DNA of 64,000 bases, taken from Octopus vulgaris. Lineage: Eukaryota. Numbering within the stretch: position 1 is the stretch's first letter; each line of letters begins with the position of its first letter. Both the position numbers and the translations under genes were made by a program. The notes under the pieces were generated by a model. The model was not told where the DNA came from, did not search any database, and worked only from the letters and a program-made list of their open reading frames with translations. Where the stretch lies: assembly GCA_951406725.2 (NCBI GenBank), contig OX597815.1, forward strand, positions 202,368,001-202,432,000. Reading direction: 5' to 3'. Below, piece after piece: positions 40,489 to 52,970 of this stretch.

Positions 40489-41873
40489 CTTTCAAAAATT
40501 TTCACCGAAAATTCTATCAAAAACTTTTTCAAAAATTTTCACAGAAAATTTTAACCAAAAATTTTTCCTCAATTTTCAAGGAAATTTTACCCAAAAATTT
40601 TCCCAAAATTTTCACCGAAAGTTTTACCCAAAAATTTTTCCGAAATTTTTTCAAGGAAGTTTTACCCAAAAATTTTTGCAAAATTTTCACCGAAAATTTT
40701 ACCCATCGAAAATTTTTCGGAAATTTTCAAGGAAGTTTTACCCAAATATTTTCACCAAAAATTTTACCCAAAAATTTTTCAAAAATTTTCACAGAAAATT
40801 TTACCCAAAAAATCTTTCGAAAATTTTACCAAAATATTTTTCAAAATTTTCACACAAAATTTTAGCCAAAAATTTTTCAACAAATTTTTTGAAAATTTTA
40901 CCGAAATTTTACCCAAAAATTTTTCAAAAACTTTCACCGAAAATTTTACCAAAATTTCACCGAAAATTTTACCCAAAAGTTTTTCGAAAATTTCACCGAA
41001 AATTTTACCCAAAAATTTTTCAACAAATTTTCACAGAAACTTTTAGCCAAAAATTTTTCAACAAATTTTTCCAAAATATAACCGAAATTTTACTCAAAAA
41101 TTTTTCAAAAATTTCACCGAAAATTTTACCCAGAAATTTTTCAAATATTTTCACCGAAAATTTTACCCAAAAATTTTTCAAACATTTTCACCGAAAATTT
41201 TACCCAAAAATTTTTCAACAAATTTTCACAGAAAATTTTACCCAAAAATTTTTCAACAAATTTTTCCAAAATATAACCGAAAATTTTACACAAAAATTTT
41301 TCAAAAATTTTCACAAAAAATTTTACCCAAAAATTTTTCGAAAATTTCACCGAAAATTTTACCCAGAAATTTTTCAAATATTTTCAACGAAAATTTTACC
41401 AAAAAATTTTTCTAAAATTTTCGAAGAAAATTTTAACTAAAAATTTTTCGATAATTTTCAAGGTAATTTTACCCAAAATTTTTCAAAAATTTTCCCCGAA
41501 AATTTTACCCAAAAATTTCACACAAAATTTTTCCAAAACTTTCACTGAAAATTTTACGCAAAAATTTTCCAAAAAGTTTCACCGAAAATCTTACCCAAAA
41601 ATTTTTTTCTAAATTTTCACCGAAAATTTTACCCAAAAATTTTTCCGAAATTTTCAAGGAAGTTTTACCCAAAAATTTTCCCAAAGTTTTCACCGAAAAT
41701 TTGACCCGAAAATTTTTCCAAAAATTTGCGAAAGTTTTCAAGGAAATTTTACCCAAAAATTTTTCCAAATTTTACAACGAAAATTTTACCCAAAAATTTT
41801 ACCCAAAAATTTTTCCAAAAATTTTTCCGAAACTTTCAAGGAAATTTTACCCAAAAATTTTTCAAAAATTTTC
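40489..41873 (+). repeat. AAAATTTT satellite array, C-rich orientation
   Basis: Same units. Contains a higher-order copy of the block that begins at 30986. Confidence 0.95.
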
Positions 41874-42332
41874 ACATACATAATACGTATACATACATAT
41901 ATACATATATATATATCTTTCTGTGTTCCCTTCTGTATAATGCAAACATTCTTGTTCATTGAGGAAGATTGTATATCTCCAGTACCGAAAACATAATTTC
42001 ATTTTTATACACAATATCATTGCAGGAAAGGGAAATGTACTAAATCGTACAGATTACAACTTGGATTCTTGGAGAAGAAACTTAGAACCATAACTCCGGT
42101 TTACGGAGGAATATCCTAATACCTACTAACTACATAAACGATGAATGATTGCTTAAATGACGGAAAGCGAAAACTTTTTTCAAAGATGCAATTGAGTAGG
42201 CGTATCATGATGATAAATATTAAAACACTTATCAGAACGTGATAAGTCATAGAGCCCATACATACATATACGCCCATATGGACACTACATCTATTTAAAT
42301 AACGAGCTTACCTAATTTCTCAATTTTTCATG

Positions 42333-42370
<38 letters not shown>

Positions 42371-42948
42371 TTTGAGTTTCTCTAATGCATTTTATTTTAT
42401 TTTTATATACTAATGTACTGAATTCTTTATTGTTATTGATTGGAGATTAACCATAGAAGAAAATGAGGAACAAAATACGAAGCGAGGAATATAAAATCAC
42501 TATGAAAAAATCAATTTCTCAATAGTTGATACTGGAGCAAAAACTATGGTGTTATTGTTGTTTTCAAGAAAGATAATGTTTAGCATTTCATTCCAACTTA
42601 CTTAAATACGTCCCAATGAAAATGTTATAAAATTCTTAAAAGAAATCAATCGTAGACTTTTATGTATACCATTATTTTTCTTTATTTCACATCCACCCTA
42701 CCTTTCAAATGTTCTATTTTCATGTCTGTCTTAAACATTTCTTGTTTAATTTTATATCTAAATGTATACAAAAACGATAAAAGAAATTAGGTATCGATAA
42801 GAAGCGAACATTGAAATAAGATTTATAGAGTTCGCACTCATGTGGTTGATTGCATCTTAGTAAGCCTAGTAAGTACAGCTGTACGTACATTACAAATTAC
42901 TATACTTTTTATAACGATAAAACAATCACATTGTCCTCTTAACAACTT

Positions 42949-45712
42949 TTGCGAAAGTTTTCAAGGAAATTTTACCCAAAAATTTTTCCAAATTTTTCAC
43001 CGAAAATTTTACCCAAAAATTTTACCCAAAAATTTTTCCAAAAATTTTTCCGAAACTTTCAAGGAAATTTTACCCAAAAATTTTTCAAAAATTTTCACCG
43101 GAAATTTTACACAAAAATTTACACAAAATTTTCAGAAATTTTCACCCAAAATTTTAATCAAAAATTTTTCAAAAATTTTCACCCATAATTTTAACCAAAG
43201 ATTTTTCCGAAATTTTCAAGGAAGTTTTACCCAAAAATTTTCCCAATATTTTCACCGAAAAATTTCACCGAAAATTTTACGCAAAAATTTTTCCAAATTT
43301 TTCACCGAAAATTTTAACCAAAAATTTTAACCAAAAATTTTTCCCTAAATTTCACCGAAAATTTTACCCAAAAATTTTTCCAAAAATTTCACCGAAAAGT
43401 TTACACAAAAATTTTTCCGAAATTTTCAAGGAAATTTTACCCAAACATTTTTCGAAAATTTCACCGAAAATTTTACCCAGAAATTTTTCAAATATTTTCA
43501 CCGAAAATTTACCCAAAACTTTTCAAAGAAAATTTTAAATAAAAATTTTATACCCAAAATTTTTCAAAAATTTTAACCGAAAATTACCCAAAAATTTTTC
43601 AAAAATTTTCACAGAAAACTTTACCCAGAAATTTTTCGAAAATTTCACAGAAAATTTTACCCAGAAATTTTCACAGAAAACTTTACCCAGAAATTTTTCA
43701 AAAAATCTTTCCAAAATTTCACCGAAAATTTTAACCAAAAATTTTTCAAAAAGTTTCACCGAAAATTTTACCCAAAAATTTTTCCAAAATTTTCACCGAA
43801 AATTTTACCCAAAAGTTTTTCAACAAATTTTAACAAAATTTCACCGAAAATTTTACCCAAATATTTTTCGAAAATTTCACCGAAAATTTTACCAAAAAAT
43901 TTTTCAAACATTTTCACCGAAAATTTTACCCAAAAATTTTTCAAAAATTTTCACAGAAAATTTTAGCCAAAAATTTTTCAACAAATTTTTCCAAAATATA
44001 ACCAAAAATTTTACCCAAAAATTTTTCGAAAATTTCACCGAAAATTTTACCTAGAAAGATTTTAAATATTTCCACCGAAAATTTTACCCAAAAATTTTTC
44101 AAAAATTTGCAAAGAAAATTTTAACTAAAAATTTTTCGTTAATTTTCAAGGAAATTTTACCCAAAATTTTTCAAATAATTTCACCGAAAATTTTAACCAA
44201 AAATTTTTCAAAAATTTTCACTGAAAACTTTACCCAAAAATTTTCACTGAAAACTTTACCCAAAAATTTTCACCGGAAATTTTACCCAAAATATTTTTCG
44301 AAAATTTTCACACAAAATTTTACCCAAAAGTTTTTCAACAAATTTTTCGAAAATTTCACCGAAATTTTACCCAAAAATTTTTCAAAAATTTTCACCGAAA
44401 ATCTTACCCAAAAGTTTTTCAACAAATTTTTCCAAAATATAACCGAAAATTTTACCCAAAAATTTTTCGAAAATTTCACCGAAAATTTTACCCAGAAATT
44501 TTTCAAATATTTTCACCGAAAATTTTACCAAAAAATTTTTCAAATATTTTCACAGAAAATTTTAACCAGAAACTTTTCAAAAAATTTTTCCAAAATTTCA
44601 CCGAAAATTTTAACCAAAAATTTTTCAAAATTTTCACCGAAAATTTTACACAAAATTTTTCCAAAATTTCAACGAAAATTTTAACCAAAAATTTTTCAAA
44701 AATTTTCACTGAAAATTTTACGCAAAAATTTTCCAAAAATTTTCACCGAAAATTTTACCCGAAAATTTTTCCAAAATTTTCACCGACTATTTTAGCCAAA
44801 AATTTTTCCAAAGTTTTCAAGGAAATTTTACCCAAAAATTTCTCCAAAATTTTCACCGAAAATTTTACCCAAAAATTTTTCCAAAAATTTCACCGAAAAT
44901 TTTACACAAAATTTTACGCAAAAATTTTCCAAAAATTTTCACCGAAAATTTTACCCGAAAATTTTTCAAAAATTTTCACCGAAAATTTTACACAAAATTT
45001 TTCCAAAATTTCACCGAAAATTTTAACCAAAAATTTTTCAAAAAACTTTTAAATGAAAATTTTACGCAAAAATTTTCCAAAAATTTTCACCGAAAATTTT
45101 ACCCGAAAATTTTTCCAACATTTTCACCGACTATTTTAGCCAAAAATTTTTCCAAAAATTTTTCCAAAGTTTTCACCGAAAATTTTACCCAAAAATTTCT
45201 CCAAAATTTTCACCGAAAATTTTACCCAAAAATTTTTCCAAAAATTTCACCGAAAATTTTACACAAAATTTTTCCAAAATTTTACACAAAATTTTACGCA
45301 AAAATTTTCCAAAAATTTTCACCGAAAAATTTTACCCGAAAATTTTTCCAAAATTTTCACCGAATATTTTAGCCAAAAATATTTTCCAAAAATTTTCCAA
45401 AGTTTTCAAGGAAATTTTACCCAAAAATTTCTCCAAATTTTTCACCGAAAAGTTTACCCAAAAATATTAACCAAAAATTTTTACATAAATTACACCGAAA
45501 ATTTTACACAAATTTTTCCAAAAATTTCACCGAAAATTTTACCCAAAAATTTTTCCAAAATTTTCACTGAAAATTTTACCCAAAAATTGTTTAAAAATTT
45601 TCACCAAAATTTTTCCAAAATTTTCACCCAAAATTCTACCCAAAATTTTCCGATAATCTTCACCGAAAAGTTTACCCAAAAATTTTTCGAAAATTTTCAC
45701 CGAAAAATTTGA
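42949..45712 (+). repeat. AAAATTTT satellite array, C-rich orientation (longest, ~2.8 kb)
   Basis: Same units throughout. Confidence 0.95.
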
Positions 45713-45795
45713 ATGAAATTAGTGGTGTATTTTCTAGTTTTAATGATACACACATACAGACACACACTCACAAGCACACCCAGAGATATTTTCAG

Positions 45796-45837
<42 letters not shown>

Positions 45838-45838
<1 letters not shown>

Positions 45839-45960
45839 TCAACCAAATCCAGTCAAAAGGCTTATGTCGGCCCTAGGTTATGGTAGAAGTCACCTGCTCA
45901 AGGTGCCACGAATCATGTCGTTGATATGCAAGCTACTTACCATAGATACACTCCTGCGCC
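45838..45960 (-). mobile_element. SINE family 1 head fragment
   Basis: aaggtgccacg...aagctacttacca...ctcctgcgcc matches the reversed SINE head. Confidence 0.6.
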
Positions 45961-45981
45961 TACACACTCACACACACACAC

Positions 45982-46026
<45 letters not shown>

Positions 46027-47929
46027 CACACATATATATACATATATATATTTTGCGATATATGTGTGCGCGCGCTATAGTGTGTGTGTGGAGATGTGAA
46101 GATGTCTATGTGTATGTATAGATCTATTTAAGTTTGGAGACACACATTGGATATGTTGATATCTGACACCTTTGTAATTAACTTAGCGAACAATTCCTGA
46201 ATAATTACCTTAGTAAATTTTGGGCTAGCGAGGCCATCCGGTTCCATGACTAAAATTGCTTTATCATAGTAGAGATACGTTGTTTTTGATCTTGAACAGT
46301 GCCAAGAAACCTAACCTCTTCGTAGGATTAATACTTAAATAGGTGCTGGAATCACATCTTCATACTTGACTATTTTATTAATTTTGCACTGATTGTCATT
46401 TACAAGTTTATCCTCTTAGTTAGAGGTCTGCCTGTTTATCTATCTGTATATATATATATGTACACACACACGTACACACACATGTATACACGCACACGCG
46501 CGCCCGTGCACACACACATGTACACACGCACACGCGCGCCCGTGCACACACACGCACACTCATATATACACAAGCTTAAAAGTCGCACTAAAGGGCGGCT
46601 TTTAAGTGAGCTCCTGTTGGGAGCTCATCATTGGACTTTGAATCCCAAAATGACACTGCATGGTTGACCGCCTCAGCCACCACCACCACTACCACCATAA
46701 TCACCGTCACCTCCGCCTCTATCATAATTACAGCTCATACTATTACTATCATCCCGTTACCCTCTCAACAGTCAATCTACTACCGCCCTCACCGTCTCTA
46801 TGCCTACTATTACTCTCACTCCAGCAAGAGGAGTAGAAGTGTCATTGAATAGTGAGGGAGGGAGTCAAAGTGTAACACACTGACACACAGAAATTCGTTT
46901 TGGCATTTATTATTATAGATATAGATTTTGTTTAAATTGAAATTTAGATAGGAGACTTTAAAATATAGCATCCAAACCTTGTTTTGGGTACGGCACAAGC
47001 AGTGTACATCATACACCATCCTATCACAAACAGTTGCGAAATGTTTATATTATAACATTGCGACGTATTATGTAACCTGATGAGGATTCTTCTGCACTGC
47101 GGAGTGCATTATATCCCCACCCACAAGGGACGAGTGCAAATGTTAACTGAAACAGTCGCTGTGCTGAATAAAGCTTACAGTACACTCTGCCTTCCCTATC
47201 AATTATTTAAAAATATGTGTATATCTTATAGTTATATAAGCATATATTTGTGAGTCTGGTATTTCGTATATTGAGTGACTTATATGAAATTTTAAATGTG
47301 TTCCTGTATCGATATTTTATGTTCAATTCAAGTGTATGATTTCTCATTAATATGAAATACAAGTATGTAAAATCTGGCTAGCAGTCAACTGGACGTGAAT
47401 TGTTTTCGTACAACGTATGGTATGTTGCAAAATGTGTCAAGCAATTATACAAATTGTGGCGGTGGTCAGAAAAATGACCGCCCAAAATTATTGAGAAGAT
47501 GAATGTATGTTGTGAAAGTTTCTGACGAAATTGAATTTTGAAGAAAAATTATCATTGGAAGAATTCACAAAAAATGCAGCTGAAATTCATATCTATTAAG
47601 AAAAAAAGGGAATCTGAAGTAATAAGCTGAGGAAATAGTCCCCATGAATAGAAACCTTTATCAGCAAGTTATCGCATGTCAATATGAGTAGAGTATCTTA
47701 TGAACAGTTTATGAACAACCGAACAATGAAAAGCTATTCAAAGAAGAATTTATTCAAAATGGAGAAAGCGAAATTAGCCTTCTTTTGATGTCAGCATAAA
47801 AAGTAATGCCGACTTTACCTCGTAGTGATTTATAGAGAAAACATGTCTGAAGAGCAGAGTTTTTTGAAATTTTTGTGGCAATATTATGTATTACATTTCT
47901 GAATACATTATGTATATAAATATTAAAAG

Positions 47930-48576
47930 TATCCAGAGAAACTTATAAAGTAAGATATCCGAATAGCTTAACATTGATGAAACGAGCGACACTTTGAAAA
48001 GACCCGAGATGAAGACTGATGAAACGATTATATATTTAGTGATTCGTATAAGAAAACAGGGTCAACCAAAAACTCGATAAGAGAATATGACCAATAGTGT
48101 CATATTTGATCACCAAATTGATGTTTACTCATTGTTATGAATAGTTGCAAATGGCAAATGTAGTAGTCTTAACACTCCACCATCCTAAGCTATATTAGAA
48201 TTTTAAGACATTATCATATGGCATTATACAACAAAAGGTTACTGGATTTCATGATGCTTGATATTAGAGATCCAGTAAGTCAAGTGTTGTTTGAAAAAGT
48301 AAATTTATGGAATACTACAATGTTGTCGGTAGGCTACCAAGAAACGCAAGAGAATCTAAAAATACAATATCATGTATGTGGCATATGTTAAAAATAATGT
48401 TACTTTTTTCAGAGTGGTCAGTCCATAACATTTAGCATTTATACTTCTTGAACACCGGAAAAGTCAGTTATCCAGAGAAACTTATAAAGTAAGATATCCG
48501 AATAGCTTAACATTGATGAAGCGAGCGACACTTTGAAAAGACCCGAGATGAAGACTGATGAAACGATTATATATTT
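47930..48576 (+). repeat. 108-bp direct repeat (47930-48037 and 48469-48576), one mismatch
   Basis: tatccagagaaacttataaagtaagatatccg...aaacgattatatattt read twice. Confidence 0.9.
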
Positions 48577-48679
48577 TATTCTAGTAATATCCATACATAT
48601 TGTTTATATATTTTAAATGGTGTGAAATATATTACATACAATCACTCCAAGGTATTCACCGAGGGTATTATTAATAAAT

Positions 48680-49000
48680 TTGGGCACAAAACCAGCAAGT
48701 TTTAAGGAGGGGTAAATCGATTACATCGACACCAGATCTCAGCTTGTACTTATTTTATCGATCCTGAAAATGACAAACAAAATCGATTACGGTGGAATTT
48801 ATAATCAGATCGTCAAGACGGACGTAATAACTCTAAGCATTTTGCCCGGCGTGCTAAATAAGGATTATGCGACCTCGCTGCTTTTTATTGAAATTAGTAT
48901 TGATTTCATATTTTGGCACATGGTCAGCAATTTCGAGTGAGGTTTAAATCGATTACATCGATCCCAGTGTTGACGTAGCATTTATGTTATCGACCCCGTG
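48680..49000 (-). mobile_element. Two tandem SINE family 2 fragments
   Basis: ggcaca...aaatcgattacatcgac...tacttattttatcga blocks are reverse complements of the element at 7905. Confidence 0.65.
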
Positions 49001-50843
49001 CTAACGTTTCTGCCAGTTCGCTGCCTTAAATTTCGAAATCCGTATTAAATGGAATAATAATACGTTCATATGCTCCACTCGATTACCTATTTTCCATACC
49101 AATGCAGCAGTGAATGTGATGGGCAAAGCCATTTGAAAATTCGGTATTGACAGTATTGACAGTATTGACAACACAATGTAATACTTCATTCATTTAAGTT
49201 ACAATGCTTCATGGTGGAGCTGAATGTCCGGACACTTTCTGCAATTAAGAATGTGTCATTCTTGCATAAGCGTTATGTCTAACATAGAGTAATAAAACCC
49301 TAAACGTGTGAAAATCTTTAAACCTAGCAATGACATAAAACGTCAATTATATTAGTGGGAAGTCGAATGTTTATGCATATAAATTAGTCTTGAGAAATAT
49401 GTCGGGAAGTTTAGCCATTATTACTAAGTCTTACACATAATAGTCGGATATGAATTAGATTCAATGCAATTTTACTGTAGCAATAGCAGCTTTAATAGGT
49501 ATAACAATCCATAATTACTCCGGTTTTCTCCAGTATTATATTATTATGTTTATGGGAGGTAGATGGTAGAAAGATCACAATGAGTATTGAGTATTTCTTC
49601 GTGTACAACCGCGGAATATAGATGTGTGTATACCCCAAGTACTTTTAGCTTTATAGCTCAAAAATCTTAAGTTGTTAAGAGGACAATGTGATTGTTTTAT
49701 CGTTATAAAAAGTATAGTAATTTGTAATGTACATACAGCTGTACTTACTAGGCTTACTAAGATGCAATCAACCACATGAGTGCGAACTCTATAAATCTTA
49801 TTTCAATGTTCGCTTCTTATCGATACCTATATATATATATTTATTTATTTACTTATTTATTTATTTATTTACTCCTAAAGTAAAATCAATAAAATAATGG
49901 TATACCTTATTTGTACTGCGGCTGGTATACTAATTATTTCAATAAAAATAAATATACTTTTCATGCAATGGTGGTAGTAGTATCAAAACATCATTTCAAT
50001 TTATAGTTAATACTTGATTTTTAAAAAAAATTGTTCTATAGGCACTTTGAAAAATACACACACGAAAAACACGAATGTAAATCATGAAGAAAATAAAACA
50101 GTAAACACATATTTTAGAAATCATACGCGAGTCATATAGTACATAAAAAAGAACTTTTTATAATTTCGTTTAAAATGTAATTGAAAATCTCGATATTGTT
50201 ATTGTAACTGTATTAGGTCAAAAATTACATACAGGAGAGTTTATGTTAACTTGCGATATCAAAAGCGCTTAAAAAGAAATTAAAAGATCATTGTTTAAAA
50301 CTGAATGAAGAAGACATTGCTTACGAAAGCAAAAATATATTGCTTAAAATGTGTATATTGATGCAACGAAAATAATATTTAGAAATTGTTAAAAGGTTTC
50401 ATATAATTGGATTGTTTTAACAAATAATTTCTTTTATCGTTTTTGTATACATTTAGATATAAAATTAAACAAGAAATGTTTAAGACAGACATGAAAATAG
50501 AACATTTGAAAGGGAGGGTGGAAGTGAAATAAAGAAAAATAATGGTATACATAAAAGTCTACGATTGATTTCTTTTAAGAATTTTATAACATTTTCATTG
50601 GGACGTATTTAAGTAAGTTGGAATGAAATGCTAAACATTATCTTTCTTGAAAACAACAATAACACCATAGTTTTTGCTCCAGTATCAATTATTGAGAAAT
50701 TGATTTTTTCATAGTGATTTTATATTCCTCGCTTCGTATTTTGTTCCTCATTTTTTTCTATGGTTAATCTCCAATCAATAACAATAAAGAATTCAGTACA
50801 TTAGTATATAAAAATAAAATAAAATGCATTAGAGAAAATCAAA

Positions 50844-50914
<71 letters not shown>

Positions 50915-51516
50915 ATGAAAAATTGAGAAATTAGGTAAGCTCGTTATTTAAATAGATGTAGTGTCCATATGGGCGTATATGTATGTATGGGCTCTATGAC
51001 TTATCACGTTCTGATAAGTGTTTTAATATTTATCATCATGATACACCTACTCAATTGCATCTTTGAAAAAAAGTTTTCGCTTTCCGTCATTTAAGCAATC
51101 ATTCATCGTTTATGTAGTTAGTAGGTATTAGGATATTCCTCCGTAAACCGGAGTTATGGTTCTAAGTTTCTTCTCCAAGAATCCAAGTTGTAATCTGTAC
51201 GATTTAGTACATTTCCCTTTCCTGCAATAATATTGTGAATAAAAATGAAATTATGTTTTCGGTACTGGAGATATACAATCTTCCTCAATGAACAAGAATG
51301 TTTGCATTATACAGAAGGGAACACAGAAAGATATATATATATGTATATATGTATGTATACGTATTATGTATGTACATATATGTTGAGGCGCAATGGGCCA
51401 GTGGTTAAGGCTGCGGATTCTCGGTCGGAGTTGAATTTTCCATGTTAAAGGTAAACATAGGAAAATTCATTCACCCATCGAAATATATATATATATATAT
51501 ACATATACATTTTTAT

Positions 51517-51604
<88 letters not shown>

Positions 51605-51606
<2 letters not shown>

Positions 51607-51785
51607 GGAGATTTTACAAAAAAAATAAAGAGGAAGGCAGGTGGTGAAGACAACAAACAAATGTATTAGTATAACCCTCGGGAAGTGCAAAGAGTCTTCA
51701 ACGTTTCGAGCCTACGCTCTTCCACAGAAAGAAACACAGAAAGAAACAAGGAGAGAAAATAAAGAATGTGTAGCGATCTATCAGA
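51605..51785 (-). repeat. Copy of the 321-520 repeat family, with an atypical hammerhead-like fold at 51695-51732
   Basis: Minus strand: tcttt-CTGTGGAA-gagc gtag gctc-GAAA-cg-TT-gaaga. Confidence 0.6.
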
Positions 51786-51805
51786 GAGAAAGAGATAGAT
51801 CGATC

Positions 51806-51852
<47 letters not shown>

Positions 51853-52193
51853 GGATGAACAGACACATCTATATGATGTCTGCATGCATGCTAGGCTTTT
51901 GAATGCTTGCATCTAGGTAGTTATAGTGTGACATGATATTCCTCAAGGAATTATTTTCGTTGATTATTTATGCATGCAAGAAATAATACAATCATTCACT
52001 TAGTCATATATTTGCGGTGCAAAACTTAGAATTTTTCATTCTGCAACATGTTCACATATTGCGCACCAGATATAAACACATACAAACGCCTTTGAATAAA
52101 GAGACTCACCAGTAACACGCACACACACACTCACATACATATACATACATATATACATGTGTACATACATACATATATACATACATACATACA

Positions 52194-52225
<32 letters not shown>

Positions 52226-52970
52226 AGTATGTTTCGATCGAAAACCTACCAAAATTCTAAATAAGGCGAGAAAGTTTTATTTGTCCATTACACAAAAGGA
52301 AATGCAGAATATATGCGCATACGTATATACATATATATGTATGTATTGATATGTATGTGTATGTATGCATGTAAATGGGCAAATGCAACTGCGCGTGTTT
52401 GTGTGTGCGTGCGCGCGCGCGTGTGTGTGTGCATTTTTGCATTGTTTCTACTGTTGTGCTCCTTGGGACCCCCTTGTAGTGGTTTTAAAATAAATTATAT
52501 GAAATATTATTGTTATATTTGAGGACTATACAGAAATAAATACACGCAGGAGTGGCTGTGTGGTAAGTAGCTTTGCTAACCTCACTGACAGAAGAGTGAC
52601 TTTGCTTACCGTACTACGGTGTGGACGCGTTTTCTTCCCGGTAAGAGTTTTGCTGTGTTGTTAATTGTTGAATTCCTACTACTGAAAATTTGCCTTTAAA
52701 CGTTGCTGAACTGTCTTGTTCTCCAGTTTTACCGGGAAATAATTGAATAATTTCTTACCGTTGAACTGTTAGCCACTGTGGCTTTTTATTTACGTGACTA
52801 TATATAGTCCTGCCAGACTATTTTCGTGCCCCTCCCCCGAATGGGGGTGGGAATTGGAATTTTTGAACTGCTTTTTTGAACTACTTTGGAAGAAAAACTT
52901 TCTATAGGTTTCCCAGTTTTGTGGGAAACCAATATTCGTAATTTTTGTGTTGTCTAATTTCAACAGAATA

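Larger units (their letters stand above)
41874..51373. repeat. Second inverted duplication: 41874-42948 is the reverse complement of 50425-51373 joined to 49669-49829
   Basis: Direct comparison. Mirror ORFs MVDCILVSLV at 42842+ and 49575-. About 595 bp (49830-50424) is absent from the left copy at a TA microhomology. Confidence 0.92.

Noticed and set aside
40463-41440. 325-aa and other F/K/N-rich ORFs in the 31-45 kb region
   Set aside because: Read-through of the AAAATTTT satellite. Such ORFs occur in several frames and on both strands, with no domain signal.
30986-45712. CRISPR array or telomeric repeat interpretation of the satellite
   Set aside because: No constant repeat with unique spacers, no cas genes, eukaryotic context, and the units are not TTAGGG-like.
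47071-47180. CTGATGAG ... TGAAACAGTCGCTGTG hammerhead-like motif
   Set aside because: Both core boxes are present, but the triplet would be GUG and no convincing stem I closes it.
49830-50424. TA-flanked transposon insertion as the explanation for the difference between D copies
   Set aside because: No terminal inverted repeats. A microhomology-mediated deletion in the other copy is simpler.
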